Below, one piece after another: positions 37,305 to 46,946 of a stretch of 64,000 nt of DNA; within the stretch, counting starts at the first letter, position 1; each line of letters begins with the position of its first letter. Source of the stretch: Candidatus Bathyarchaeota archaeon (lineage in GTDB: Archaea > Thermoproteota > Bathyarchaeia > Bathyarchaeales > Bathycorpusculaceae); contig CAVTZU010000018.1 of NCBI GenBank assembly GCA_963739305.1, positions 32,001 to 96,000 on the forward strand, read 5' to 3'. The position numbers and the translations under genes are program-made. The notes under the pieces are model-generated. The model had not been told where the DNA came from. It saw only the letters and a program-made list of their open reading frames with translations, and did not search any database.

Positions 37305-37825
37305 TTCGTCGTTTCCTCCTTCTTCTCTTTCCGTTCTTGTTGAATCAAGTCTCCGAGGGTCAGTTCACGACTTGGTTTCTGCGGAATCTTGGCTTGCGGA
37401 ACCTTCTCTTCTTTAGTTGGGACTATTAGTTTGATCTTCAACACGTGTTCCAATGTTACGGCAAGTTTGTCACTTGGCGCGATTTTTCCAGTTTCGATTT
37501 TTCTGAGCAGCGATACCTTCTCGTTTATTCTCTTCCCCAGGTCTTCATGCGAGAGTCCAAGCTTTTCCCTGGCCTTCCTTATTTTCGACCCAAAATCTTC
37601 TGAGATTTCCACGTTTGTGTCAATCGGAGGCAGCTGTGGTTTGGATTGAGCTCTAAACGTAACTGGCGCTGGTTTGGGTCTGGCGAAAACAGGTTTTGGT
37701 TTGGGCTCGTCATAACATATCTTGCCATGCTTTGCACATTCACCGCAAACCGTCAGGCGAGCGCCTTCAATCATGACGTTGAATGGCTTGTCGCCGATTC
37801 TGCACCCGCAGACTTCGCATCGCAA
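37289..37825 (-). CDS. mbf1: Archaeal multiprotein bridging factor aMBF1
   Basis: CEVCG...CGEC Zn ribbon, HTH, LTLGD; TTG start at 37825. Confidence 0.93.
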   Translation of the reverse strand: MRCEVCGCRIGDKPFNVMIEGARLTVCGECAKHGKICYDEPKPKPVFARPKPAPVTFRAQSKPQLPPIDTNVEISEDFGSKIRKAREKLGLSHEDLGKRINEKVSLLRKIETGKIAPSDKLAVTLEHVLKIKLIVPTKEEKVPQAKIPQKPSRELTLGDLIQQERKEKKEETTKRSQS

Positions 37826-37909
37826 ATTGACTGCACCTTGGCTGCTTTTAATATTAAGGTCTTCTTTATAGTTGTCGAACCAGAAAGCGTCGGTTAACGG
37901 TGGATAAAG

Positions 37910-38380
37910 TTGGATGAAGCGTTGAAGCGAATACGGGCCGTAGCCGACTATCAATTCGGCAAAGGAGCAGGCGAAGAACTCTTCCCAGAGAGAGTGAAGA
38001 TTCTGTTCTCAAAAAGAACAGGAAGAATTCGTTACGTCTATCTTGATGGGAAACGCCTTGCGACCATGCGTCCCACTGATGGTTTTTTCTCCCTAAGCGT
38101 ATACGGCGCCAAACGCATCGTTGAGCACGCGGCACGGGCCGAATGTTGCGTTGTTGTTCGCGACGATGTATCTAGATTCATAGCTGAAGGCGGGGACGTG
38201 TTTGCGGTTCATGTTGTGAAGGCTGACACTGAAGTTCGCGCCAAGGACGAGGTGATTGTGCTGGACAGTTCGCGACGCGTTCTGGCAGTGGGACGGGCCG
38301 TTTTGTCTGGTGAAGAAATGATGGCTTTCAAACGGGGTGTTGCAGTCAAGGTCAGACGGGGCTGTGAAGATGAAAGTTAA
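37910..38380 (+). CDS. PUA domain protein (archaeosine tRNA-guanine transglycosylase C-terminal-like)
   Basis: ADYQFG, SKRTGRIR, GVAVKVR. Confidence 0.88.
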   Translation: MDEALKRIRAVADYQFGKGAGEELFPERVKILFSKRTGRIRYVYLDGKRLATMRPTDGFFSLSVYGAKRIVEHAARAECCVVVRDDVSRFIAEGGDVFAVHVVKADTEVRAKDEVIVLDSSRRVLAVGRAVLSGEEMMAFKRGVAVKVRRGCEDES

Positions 38381-38425
38381 GTATATGAGGTTTGACAAGT
38401 ACAGGTTAGCAGTGAAGGTGGTTTC

Positions 38426-38779
38426 GTGCAGAGACGAGTGAACCCTCGCGATGCAAAGCGCATGATGCAGCGAATGGGCATGAGCATGGACGCTGTTGCG
38501 GACGTTGAGCAGGTTGTGATAAGAACCAGCAGCAAGGAGATCACGATCGAACAGCCAGAAGTTGCAATACTCGCGGTTCAAGGGCAAAAGATTTTTCAAG
38601 TCACTGGTGGAAAGGTCACCGAAAAGGCTGTCGAGCGTAAGTCTTCAGGAGTTGCTGATGAGGACGTGAAGCTTGTGGCCGACCAGACAGGCAAGAGTGT
38701 AGAGGAAGCCCGCAGGGCACTGGAGGAAAGCGGGGGCGACCTGGCGAAGGCAATCCTGCTACTGCAGTCAAAATTCTGA
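38426..38779 (+). CDS. nac: Nascent polypeptide-associated complex protein
   Basis: NPR..KRMMQRMG, QKIFQV, UBA-like GDLAKAI. Confidence 0.95.
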   Translation: MQRRVNPRDAKRMMQRMGMSMDAVADVEQVVIRTSSKEITIEQPEVAILAVQGQKIFQVTGGKVTEKAVERKSSGVADEDVKLVADQTGKSVEEARRALEESGGDLAKAILLLQSKF

Positions 38780-38933
38780 CGCCCAAATGTGTTCCCGCTG
38801 ACTAGAGTCTTGCCGTTCTTGACTTACTAGATGTAGCAGGAAGCGTTTAGTGAGACTTCGATCAGTGAAGCCAAGACTATTCCGTTGGTTTTAAGTCAGT
38901 GTCAGCTAATATTCTAGGCGAGGTCACCAACTC

Positions 38934-39848
38934 GTGTTTGACGTTGTTCCAGTGGGACACTTTGCTATAGACTCAATCTTTCTTCCAGGTCGCGATACTC
39001 CGTTCGTTGTCTTAGGCGGGTCAGTTACGTACGTTTCGTTGGCTGCAAGGCGGCTTGATGCCCAGGTTTCCGTGGTCTCCAAGATAGGCAAAGATTTTCC
39101 TGAAGCCTACAAGTGGTGGCTCAAACAGGAGGGCATCGACCTGTCAAACGTATCAAGAGACGAGAATAATGTGACAACACGGTTTGAGTTGAGATATGCC
39201 GAAGGGTTTTCTGATCGCAAGCTGCGGTGTGGAAGTCGGATGTCTCCAATCACTGTTGAGGAAATCCTTCATTTTCCAAAGGTTTTCGCCGTTCACATTG
39301 GGCCAATAGCAGGCGAGATAACGTATGAAGTCGTTGAGAATCTTCGAGGTCATTGCGAATTCATGTCTCTGGACCCGCAGGGACTCGTACGGCGTTTTGA
39401 TGATGAAGGAAACGTTAGCCTCGGCCCGTTGATGGATAAGCGGGTGCTAGGACACGTGGACGTTTTCAAGTCTTCCCTTGAAGAAATCAAAGCGATAAGT
39501 GGTCTTGATGAACTGGGCCATGCTGCAAAAGCCATTCATGATTATGGTGTTGACATAGTCATAGTTACGCTCGGAGAAAAAGGCGCTGCGGTTTCTGTTG
39601 AAGGCGCGATGCACAATGTTCCAGCATTCAAACCGGCGAAACTCGTTGATCCGACGGGAGCGGGAGACGCCTTCATTGGTGGTTTTTTGGCTGAATATGT
39701 GCGTGGCGAAGATTGCTCGTGGTGCTCATGCGTCGGAGCAGCAGTTTCTTCACTTGTCGTCGAAGGCGCGGGGCCAACGTTTTTAGGCGACAAAGACGAG
39801 ATCCACCGGAGAGCACGTTTTCTCTACGAAAAAGGAATTAAGGAATGA
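38934..39848 (+). CDS. PfkB family carbohydrate/nucleoside kinase
   Basis: GGSVTY, VTLGEKG, DPTGAGDAF. Confidence 0.92.
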   Translation: MFDVVPVGHFAIDSIFLPGRDTPFVVLGGSVTYVSLAARRLDAQVSVVSKIGKDFPEAYKWWLKQEGIDLSNVSRDENNVTTRFELRYAEGFSDRKLRCGSRMSPITVEEILHFPKVFAVHIGPIAGEITYEVVENLRGHCEFMSLDPQGLVRRFDDEGNVSLGPLMDKRVLGHVDVFKSSLEEIKAISGLDELGHAAKAIHDYGVDIVIVTLGEKGAAVSVEGAMHNVPAFKPAKLVDPTGAGDAFIGGFLAEYVRGEDCSWCSCVGAAVSSLVVEGAGPTFLGDKDEIHRRARFLYEKGIKE

Positions 39849-39894
39849 AGTATATTCTATTGCATCCAAAACACGAATTTGAGAGGAACTGAAC

Positions 39895-40101
39895 TTGGGT
39901 CGCATCGGCAAAGGCGTGAAATGCAACGTGCAAGGTTGCGGTCAGGAGGCTGTTCGTTCCCTTTCAGCTGAAAAAGTGAAGCGTGCAGGTCTGAGAGTGA
40001 TCGACGAGAGGCATGCTTACCTTTGCAAAGAACATTACAAAGAGTACAAGAAAAAAACGAAGAAAGACAAACAAATCGAAAAGTGGCGGTACAACCCCTA
40101 A
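39895..40101 (+). CDS. Small basic Zn-binding protein conserved in archaea
   Basis: C-x4-C ... C-x2-H with a Lys-rich tail. Confidence 0.75.
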   Translation: MGRIGKGVKCNVQGCGQEAVRSLSAEKVKRAGLRVIDERHAYLCKEHYKEYKKKTKKDKQIEKWRYNP

Positions 40102-40121
40102 ACGCGTTGCGGTGAGAATTT

Positions 40122-41999
40122 ATGAGAATTTTGCAGTTACATTCCAACTTCATCGTGTACAAACCTGTGCAGAAGGAGATTGCGACGGCGGAACAGGCTG
40201 AGAAGAGAGAGGTACGTTTAGAAGAGCTTGTCGTCATGTTCACTGCGGTTGAAGAAGGCGACACGGCCGCAGTCGCCCGGAAAGCCATCGATGAAGTTCA
40301 CGGTTTCCTTGGAAAACTAGGCGTCAACCGCGTTCTAATCTATCCATATGCTCATTTGAGCAGCAGACTGGCCAAGCCATCTGACGCTTTGAAAACAGTC
40401 AAAGCCATGGAAGCTCATGCGTCGAAGATGGGCATAGAAACATTTCGAGCACCATTCGGTTGGAACAAGCAGTTTACAATATCAATCAAGGGGCACCCTC
40501 TGGCTGAGCAATCTCGAGTTGTATTGCCTGCGGATGCCAAAGAGAAAGGGGAAGAGGACAAAGTTTCCGACGCTCTGAAAGCCGAAGAAAAACTGAAGTC
40601 AACTTGGTACATTCTGCAGCCGGATGGAAAACTGATGCCCGTTGAAGAATTCAACTTCAGAGGACGCAAAGACCTTGAAAGATTTGCGAGGTACGAAATA
40701 TCCAAGGTAAGAGCCAGCCAGCAGATGCCACCACATGTTCAGTTGATGAAGAAACTTGAGATATGTGATTACGAATCTGGAAGCGACCCTGGAAACATTC
40801 GATGGTATCCTAAAGGTCGCTTGATCAAGGCTTTGCTGGAACAGTTCGTCAGTGCCAAGATGAATGAGTACGGTGCTATGGAAGTGGAAACTCCAGTCAT
40901 GTATGATTTCCGGCATCCTAGCCTAGCAGACTACTTGAACCGGTTTCCTGCGCGACAATACTTGCTGAAGTCAGAGGACAAAGAACTCTTTCTGCGCTTT
41001 GCAGCGTGTTTTGGACAGTTCTTGATGGTTCATGACGCGCAGTTCTCTTATAAGGACATGCCCATGAAAGTTTACGAATTAACCCGCTACAGCTTTAGGA
41101 GAGAAAAAAGCGGCGAAGTGGTAGGATTGAGGCGGCTCAGAGCCTTCAGCATGCCAGACTGCCACGCGTTCTGCACAGACTTGGAACAAGCCAAGAAAGA
41201 GTTTGCAATAAGGTTCAAAATGTGTGTACAGATTTTGCGCGAGATAGGCTTTGAAAAAGACGAATATGAAATTGGCATCCGGTTCACAAAAGACTTCTAC
41301 GACGAAAACAACAAGTTCATCGCTTCGCTAGCGAAAACTTACGGCAAACCCATGCTGGCCGAAATGTGGAATGAGAGATTCTTCTATTTCATTCTTAAGT
41401 GGGATATGAACTACGTAGACAATCAAGACAAAGCTGCAGCGCTTTCGACGGATCAACTTGACGTTGAAAACGCAAAAAGGTACGGCATAAACTACGTCGA
41501 CGAGAAAGGAGAGAAGAAACTTCCGCTGATTCTGCACTGCTCTCCAAGTGGGGCAATTGAAAGAGTAGTGTATGCGTTGTTAGAAAGAGCCTACAAGGTA
41601 CAGAAGAGCGGCAAGGTGCCGATGCTGCCGGTCTGGCTCTCTCCAACACAAGTTCGTTTGATTCCCATTTCCAACAATTTCCTGAAAGACGTTGAAAAGT
41701 TCGCTGAAATGATGCAAGCCTGCTGTATTCGGAGCGACATTGATGATCGTCCAATGACACTGCAAAAGAGGGTACGCGAGGCCGAAATGGAGTGGGTGCC
41801 TTATGTCATTGTGGTTGGACAGAAAGAACTCGACTCTGGAACCTTACCGGTTAGGGACCGGGCCACTGGGCAGATGCGCAGACTGAAACTAGAGGACCTG
41901 ATTTCAGAAATACAGAAAATCACAGGCAACAAACCGTACAGACCGTTACCGTTGCCCAAACACCTTTCAAATAGACCCCAGTTCTGCGGATCACGCTAG
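40122..41999 (+). CDS. thrS: Threonine--tRNA ligase (archaeal type with editing domain)
   Basis: MRILQLH, YPYAHLS, RAPFGW, LRFAACFG, MPDCH, LHCSPSG. Confidence 0.97.
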   Translation: MRILQLHSNFIVYKPVQKEIATAEQAEKREVRLEELVVMFTAVEEGDTAAVARKAIDEVHGFLGKLGVNRVLIYPYAHLSSRLAKPSDALKTVKAMEAHASKMGIETFRAPFGWNKQFTISIKGHPLAEQSRVVLPADAKEKGEEDKVSDALKAEEKLKSTWYILQPDGKLMPVEEFNFRGRKDLERFARYEISKVRASQQMPPHVQLMKKLEICDYESGSDPGNIRWYPKGRLIKALLEQFVSAKMNEYGAMEVETPVMYDFRHPSLADYLNRFPARQYLLKSEDKELFLRFAACFGQFLMVHDAQFSYKDMPMKVYELTRYSFRREKSGEVVGLRRLRAFSMPDCHAFCTDLEQAKKEFAIRFKMCVQILREIGFEKDEYEIGIRFTKDFYDENNKFIASLAKTYGKPMLAEMWNERFFYFILKWDMNYVDNQDKAAALSTDQLDVENAKRYGINYVDEKGEKKLPLILHCSPSGAIERVVYALLERAYKVQKSGKVPMLPVWLSPTQVRLIPISNNFLKDVEKFAEMMQACCIRSDIDDRPMTLQKRVREAEMEWVPYVIVVGQKELDSGTLPVRDRATGQMRRLKLEDLISEIQKITGNKPYRPLPLPKHLSNRPQFCGSR

Positions 42000-42141
42000 C
42001 CGCACGATCAGACGCCTTAGCCGAAAATCATTTTTTCTTTTGTTCGACCCGTCAAGCTATTGGAAGGCACGGGTGCCAATCACAGCGCGAAGGAGCTCTC
42101 ATGATTTCAGGGAGTCGATGAGAAGATACAATGAATTCCGT

Positions 42142-42600
42142 TTAGTCTGTTGCCTCTGATTCTTCTTCGGCTGAAGCATTGGCGCAGGAAATTTGTGTTT
42201 CTCCTATACTCGTTTTTGGCTCCTTCAGTTCCTCGAGTTTATCTTCGATTGCCTTTATTAGACGAACAGGATTCACCGGTTTCGTGAAGTATGCTTCAGC
42301 CCCACTTTTGATCGCATCGATCGCATTCTGCAGTTCAGGATATCCAGTTAGCATTATCTTCACCATTTTGGGGCAGGTCTCATGCATCGTCCTCAACAGT
42401 TTTGTGCCTTCGATGTCTGGAAGTCTGACGTCAAGAACTGCCAGATCGTAAGCTTTTGTCTTTGACTTTTCCAACGCAGCTTTTCCTGTATTGGCAACAT
42501 CAACATCGTAGCCCCTGCTTTCCAGTATAAGGCTCAGAGTATCGCATATGTTTCTGTCATCGTCAACCAAGAGAATTTTCGCTTTTTCCGTTTGCAACAA
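42142..42600 (-). CDS. Stand-alone response regulator receiver protein
   Basis: VDDD, LDVRLPD, LTG, KP. Confidence 0.92.
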   Translation of the reverse strand: MLQTEKAKILLVDDDRNICDTLSLILESRGYDVDVANTGKAALEKSKTKAYDLAVLDVRLPDIEGTKLLRTMHETCPKMVKIMLTGYPELQNAIDAIKSGAEAYFTKPVNPVRLIKAIEDKLEELKEPKTSIGETQISCANASAEEESEATD

Positions 42601-42912
42601 TTCCGTCTCCGCTTCTACAGGTTGCAGTTTAGATAGAGACTGAAACCATTTCAGAGATTCATTTCATTTGATGTTAAACTGTTCTATGACAATCATTCAG
42701 TCAGTGTTAAGGAGAATTATGAGGCGTCCAAGAAAAGGGTTGTGGACCTTAAATCTGTATTGAAGTAATATCCTAGGACTGTCGCACTCTGTCAAGTACA
42801 AAACGTCCGATTTCACTCCCTGTCTTTCACGTTGAAAGTTCGATCAGTTCTCCCAAAAGATATATGAAACCTTGACTTGATAGACTAACTTCGATATTTC
42901 GAGGGTAAGATA

Positions 42913-43803
42913 ATGGAGAAAGAACTGCAGGTCTACGTTGATGGCAAGTTCTACCCAAAGTCAGAGGCCAAAGTCTCAGTTTTTGATCACGGGCTGCTTT
43001 ACGGAGACGGCATATTCGAGGGCATCCGCGCATATGATGGTTCAGTGTTTAAACTGAACGAACACATCGATCGACTTTACAAATCTGCTCATATGATAAT
43101 GTTGTCAATTCCTATTACAAGGGAGGAAATGATTCAGAAGACGTTGGAAACTCTGAGAAGGAACAACATGAGGGATGCTTACATTCGTCTGGTCGTTACT
43201 AGGGGAACCGGCGATCTTGGGTTGAACCCAAGGAAATGTCCTAAGCCAACGATCATAATCATCACAGATACAATTTCGTTGCATATGGCAAGTGCCAAAG
43301 ACACAGGGATTGCAGCGATGATATCGTGGGTGAAGCGGGACCCAGTGGATGCAACGTCTCACGAGATCAAATCTCTCAACTACCTGAATAGTATTCTTGC
43401 AAAGATTGAAGCGAACATTGCTGGCGTTGATGAAGCAATATGTCTCGACAAGAACGGGTTTGTCTGCGAAGGCGTTGCCGAGAACATATTTATCGTAAGG
43501 AAGGGAAAAGTTTACACGCCACCAACCTACACAGGCGCATTGCATGGGATAACGGCTGAATGTGTCCAAAATCTCTGCAAAAGCCTAGGGTATGATGCAA
43601 AGGAGAAGAACATCACGCCTTTTGAATTGTTTAACGCGGATGAGGTCTTCTTCACTGGTACGGCTGCGGAGATTATACCTGTCAGAGAAATAAATCAGAG
43701 ACAGATAAACGACGGCAAACCAGGTCTTATCACTCGAAGGCTTATGGGAGAGTTTGCCAAAATGGTTCGCGACCCCAAAGAAGGGGTTCCTATTTACAAG
43801 TAG
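42913..43803 (+). CDS. ilvE: Branched-chain amino acid aminotransferase
   Basis: DHGLLYGDGIFEG, KSLNY, EG..ENIF, TGTAAE. Confidence 0.96.
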   Translation: MEKELQVYVDGKFYPKSEAKVSVFDHGLLYGDGIFEGIRAYDGSVFKLNEHIDRLYKSAHMIMLSIPITREEMIQKTLETLRRNNMRDAYIRLVVTRGTGDLGLNPRKCPKPTIIIITDTISLHMASAKDTGIAAMISWVKRDPVDATSHEIKSLNYLNSILAKIEANIAGVDEAICLDKNGFVCEGVAENIFIVRKGKVYTPPTYTGALHGITAECVQNLCKSLGYDAKEKNITPFELFNADEVFFTGTAAEIIPVREINQRQINDGKPGLITRRLMGEFAKMVRDPKEGVPIYK

Positions 43804-43839
43804 AAAACCGAGCACAAACAGTTGACCAGAGGCTTCTTC

Positions 43840-45060
43840 CTATCTATGTTTCTTCATGAAGCCTTCGATTTCATCAGCTGCTTCCTCAAGCGTCTCAAGC
43901 GGAGGGAGAACAACTCCTCTGACGTGTCCTGCCCCGTAGACCGGGTCGAATCCTGACCCATGAACGAACAGAACTCCAGTCTCCCTCAGAAGACTCAGTG
44001 TGAAGTCCATGTCCGTTTTCCATCTTGTCCCTACTCCATGGATTTTGGGAAAAACATAGAACGCTGCTTCCGGTTTTGCACAGCTGATTCCATCAATTTC
44101 GTTCAACCGCTTCCAAGCGAAGTTGCTTCTTTCCTTGATCTTTGCGACTGTGACCTTAATATGGTCCTGTGGACCGTTGAGGGCTGCCACCCCCGCTTCT
44201 TGGACTGGAGTGTTTGCGCAGAGCCTTATTCTCGCTTCCTTTTCGACGCAATCTTTGAGTTGTTTCAATCTTCCCTGGGGGTTATAGAAGTAAAGATATC
44301 CTAGTCTCCAGCCGGTCATCAGATAAGCCTTTGAAAAGCCGTTTAGTCCCACAATGGGAACGTCCTTCGTCAAGTGAGCTGTGCTCACAAACTTCTTTCC
44401 AAAAACTATCTGATCGTAAATCTCATCAGACAAAACCGTTATTTCGTGTTCAGCGGACAAGTCCAATATTTCCTTGACCACTTTGCTTTCGTAGAGCGCG
44501 CCACATGGGTTGTTTGGGTTGATGATCGCTATCACATGAGTCTTCTTCGAAATCTTTTTTCTCAGGTCGTCAATGTTGGGCTGCCAACCGTTTTCTTCGA
44601 CTGTTTCATAAGTTACCGGGTTTCCGCCGAAGAATTTGGCGTAGGCAATGTAAGGTGGATATGTCGGTCCAGGAAGCAGAATCTCGTCTCCTGGATTGAT
44701 GAGCGCAGCCATTATCATTTCTATGCCTTCAGAGATGCCAGACGTGACGATAACGTCATCAGGTGATATCTCAACGCCGTTTAGTCTCCTTTCTTTCTGA
44801 CTTATTGCCTCCCTTAGTTCAGGCAGTCCTTCTGATGGTGAATAAGCATTTGCTTTGTCGCCCGATTCGACTGCCTTCTTAAGAGCTTCCTTGATGTGGG
44901 GTGGAGTGTCGAAATCAAAGGCGTTTGGGTCTCCGATGTTCAAGTAATATATTTTTTTGCCCGTCATGGCAACCTGCTTCGCGTACGGTATCACGTCGCG
45001 GATTGCATACTCGATCTTGCGCACTCTTTCAGTGGGATTCACAGCCGACACTGGCATCAC
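43840..45060 (-). CDS. Class I/II PLP aminotransferase (AlaAT-like)
   Basis: YAIRD, LNIGDP, NPNNPCG, DEIYD, SKAYLMTGWRLG. Confidence 0.92.
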   Translation of the reverse strand: MMPVSAVNPTERVRKIEYAIRDVIPYAKQVAMTGKKIYYLNIGDPNAFDFDTPPHIKEALKKAVESGDKANAYSPSEGLPELREAISQKERRLNGVEISPDDVIVTSGISEGIEMIMAALINPGDEILLPGPTYPPYIAYAKFFGGNPVTYETVEENGWQPNIDDLRKKISKKTHVIAIINPNNPCGALYESKVVKEILDLSAEHEITVLSDEIYDQIVFGKKFVSTAHLTKDVPIVGLNGFSKAYLMTGWRLGYLYFYNPQGRLKQLKDCVEKEARIRLCANTPVQEAGVAALNGPQDHIKVTVAKIKERSNFAWKRLNEIDGISCAKPEAAFYVFPKIHGVGTRWKTDMDFTLSLLRETGVLFVHGSGFDPVYGAGHVRGVVLPPLETLEEAADEIEGFMKKHR

Positions 45061-45108
45061 CGTTTAGCGGTGTGTCTGTCTAGAAATGAAATAAAGATTG
45101 CGGAGAAA

Positions 45109-46739
45109 CTACCCCACTTTGAAGGTTCTTGACACTTGGAATCCGTCTGCAGTTGTCAGTACAACGGTCACGTTTTCGTTTGTATAGGGAATCCAGTTCC
45201 AAGAACAAACGATTCCTATTTCGGATCCGGCGTCGACTTCATATCCTGAAGATTCTATCACCAGCAGCGGAGTGGTCTCGTTTCCGATCAGGACTTGGAC
45301 GACGGTCGCGTTGAACTTGGTTAGTTCACTGTTTTTGACTGTGATGTTCACGTAGGGAACCTCTGAAGCTACGTTTGAGAAAGATGCACTTGTGATATTC
45401 AAGTACGGAAGCGTCACGTTAATGGTTGGCAGAATTTCTGTTGAGTTGTACACGAGGTGTGCTCTTATGGTGACGCTTTGTCCCACGAAGTTTGACCAAT
45501 CGAACGAGCAGACTAATGATCCATTTGTACCCGGAGCTATCAACGTTGGTGAGATGATAGTTGCGTTTTGGCCAATGTCTATTTCGGTCACGTTGGCTGC
45601 TTGGACCGAGTATCCAAGATTTGTGACGTTAACTGAAAATGTTGCTGTGTTGGTCAAATCAAAATTAACACCAACTATGCCTCCGGCATACCGTGCGGGT
45701 GTTGTCACCGTTAATGGTACAGAGGTGAATCCCTGTTTGGTGTAGGCAATCACTTGGATGTTTGTGTTCCGAAGGCTTGTGTCAGTCCAATTCCAAGGAC
45801 ACGTAATGGTGGCTGTTTGGTTTGTGCGGCAATTGTCAACGGGAGGGTCGGTGTTGTTCCGTTGATTATTGTGTCAGTTACGTTGCCGTGCTGGAACGTC
45901 AGGCTCGTGATGTTCACGTAGCTTGCAGAATCTGGGGAATTAGACAGGGTGACGTTGACTTGGCTTGTGTTCTCTAAGTCAAAATCAACCTGTGTTGTCA
46001 GTAGAGTAACGGTTGAACCCACGTTTGTTCTCAATTCAGCTGTGAATCCTTCAGCGGTCACTACCTGTACGATTGGGTTCACGTGTCCTTGCCAGTTTGT
46101 GTAGCATGTGAACGTAACAGTCTGGTTCGGTTGTAATACCTGCGGTAGTGCTATGCTCAGATTGTCAACTGGGGTGAGGTCGAACAAAACTTGACTAAGC
46201 GTGAGGTTGATCGGGGAGTTGTCGTTTGTGACTGTAGCGTTAAAGCGTTGTATGGTGTCTGACGGGTCGAAAAGTGTGACCAAACTAATTTTGACGGAGG
46301 GTGTCTGAACAGTTAGTGGTGCAGCTTCCGTGTTGTTTATTGTTAGCACGTGCACTGTGAGGACGTTGCCGGCCAGTACTCCCCAGTTCAGAGTACAATT
46401 GAAGGTTTGTTGCGTTCCCTTTTCGATGAATATTGGAAGTTGAGGGTCACTGTTTGTTATGCTGGTTTTGTTGTTTCCCGAAGATTCGATGTAAATATCG
46501 GTGATGTTTGCTCCAACGATTGAGTGCGATGGATTCATAACTGTCAGGTTAAAGTGATTTCCATTGTCTGCTGGGAAGTTGACGTTTGTGATTATTAGGT
46601 CGGCTGTGTTTTCGGGTTCCAGGTAGAATGGTGCCATGGTCCAAACGTATGCCAACAGGGCGCCGACTATTGCCGATATCAGTATGAGCAAGATTAGGAT
46701 TATACTGGAGATTGCTCTGACGCCTTTTTTGACGCGCAA
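45109..46739 (-). CDS. Type IV pilin/archaellin-like surface protein with repeated beta-sandwich domains, frameshifted near 45825
   Basis: KKGVRA|ISSIIL hydrophobic class III-like signal; repeated C.(W/L)NW motifs; the alternate frame TNQTATITCPWNW joins ORFs 45750-46739 and 45109-45753. Confidence 0.7.
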
Positions 46740-46946
46740 TTTGTTCCCTCGATCCTATGCGATTGGTGTAGAACATATTCTCGGTAGTAAATAAGCATTT
46801 CAGGACTGTATCAGGAACGTTTTGGTCTCCATTTTTGTGATATGTTTGGTTAGAGAACTGGCTCTACTTTTTTGTGCGGTTAGGATAGCTAAGCTTAAAT
46901 CTTGTCCTTCTCCATACTTGACTTCCCAAAAATTCAGGTGGTTGTG

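Noticed and set aside
38780-38900. Short inverted repeat AGTCTTG/CAAGACT after nac
   Set aside because: A 7-bp match with no other convincing structure or expression signals
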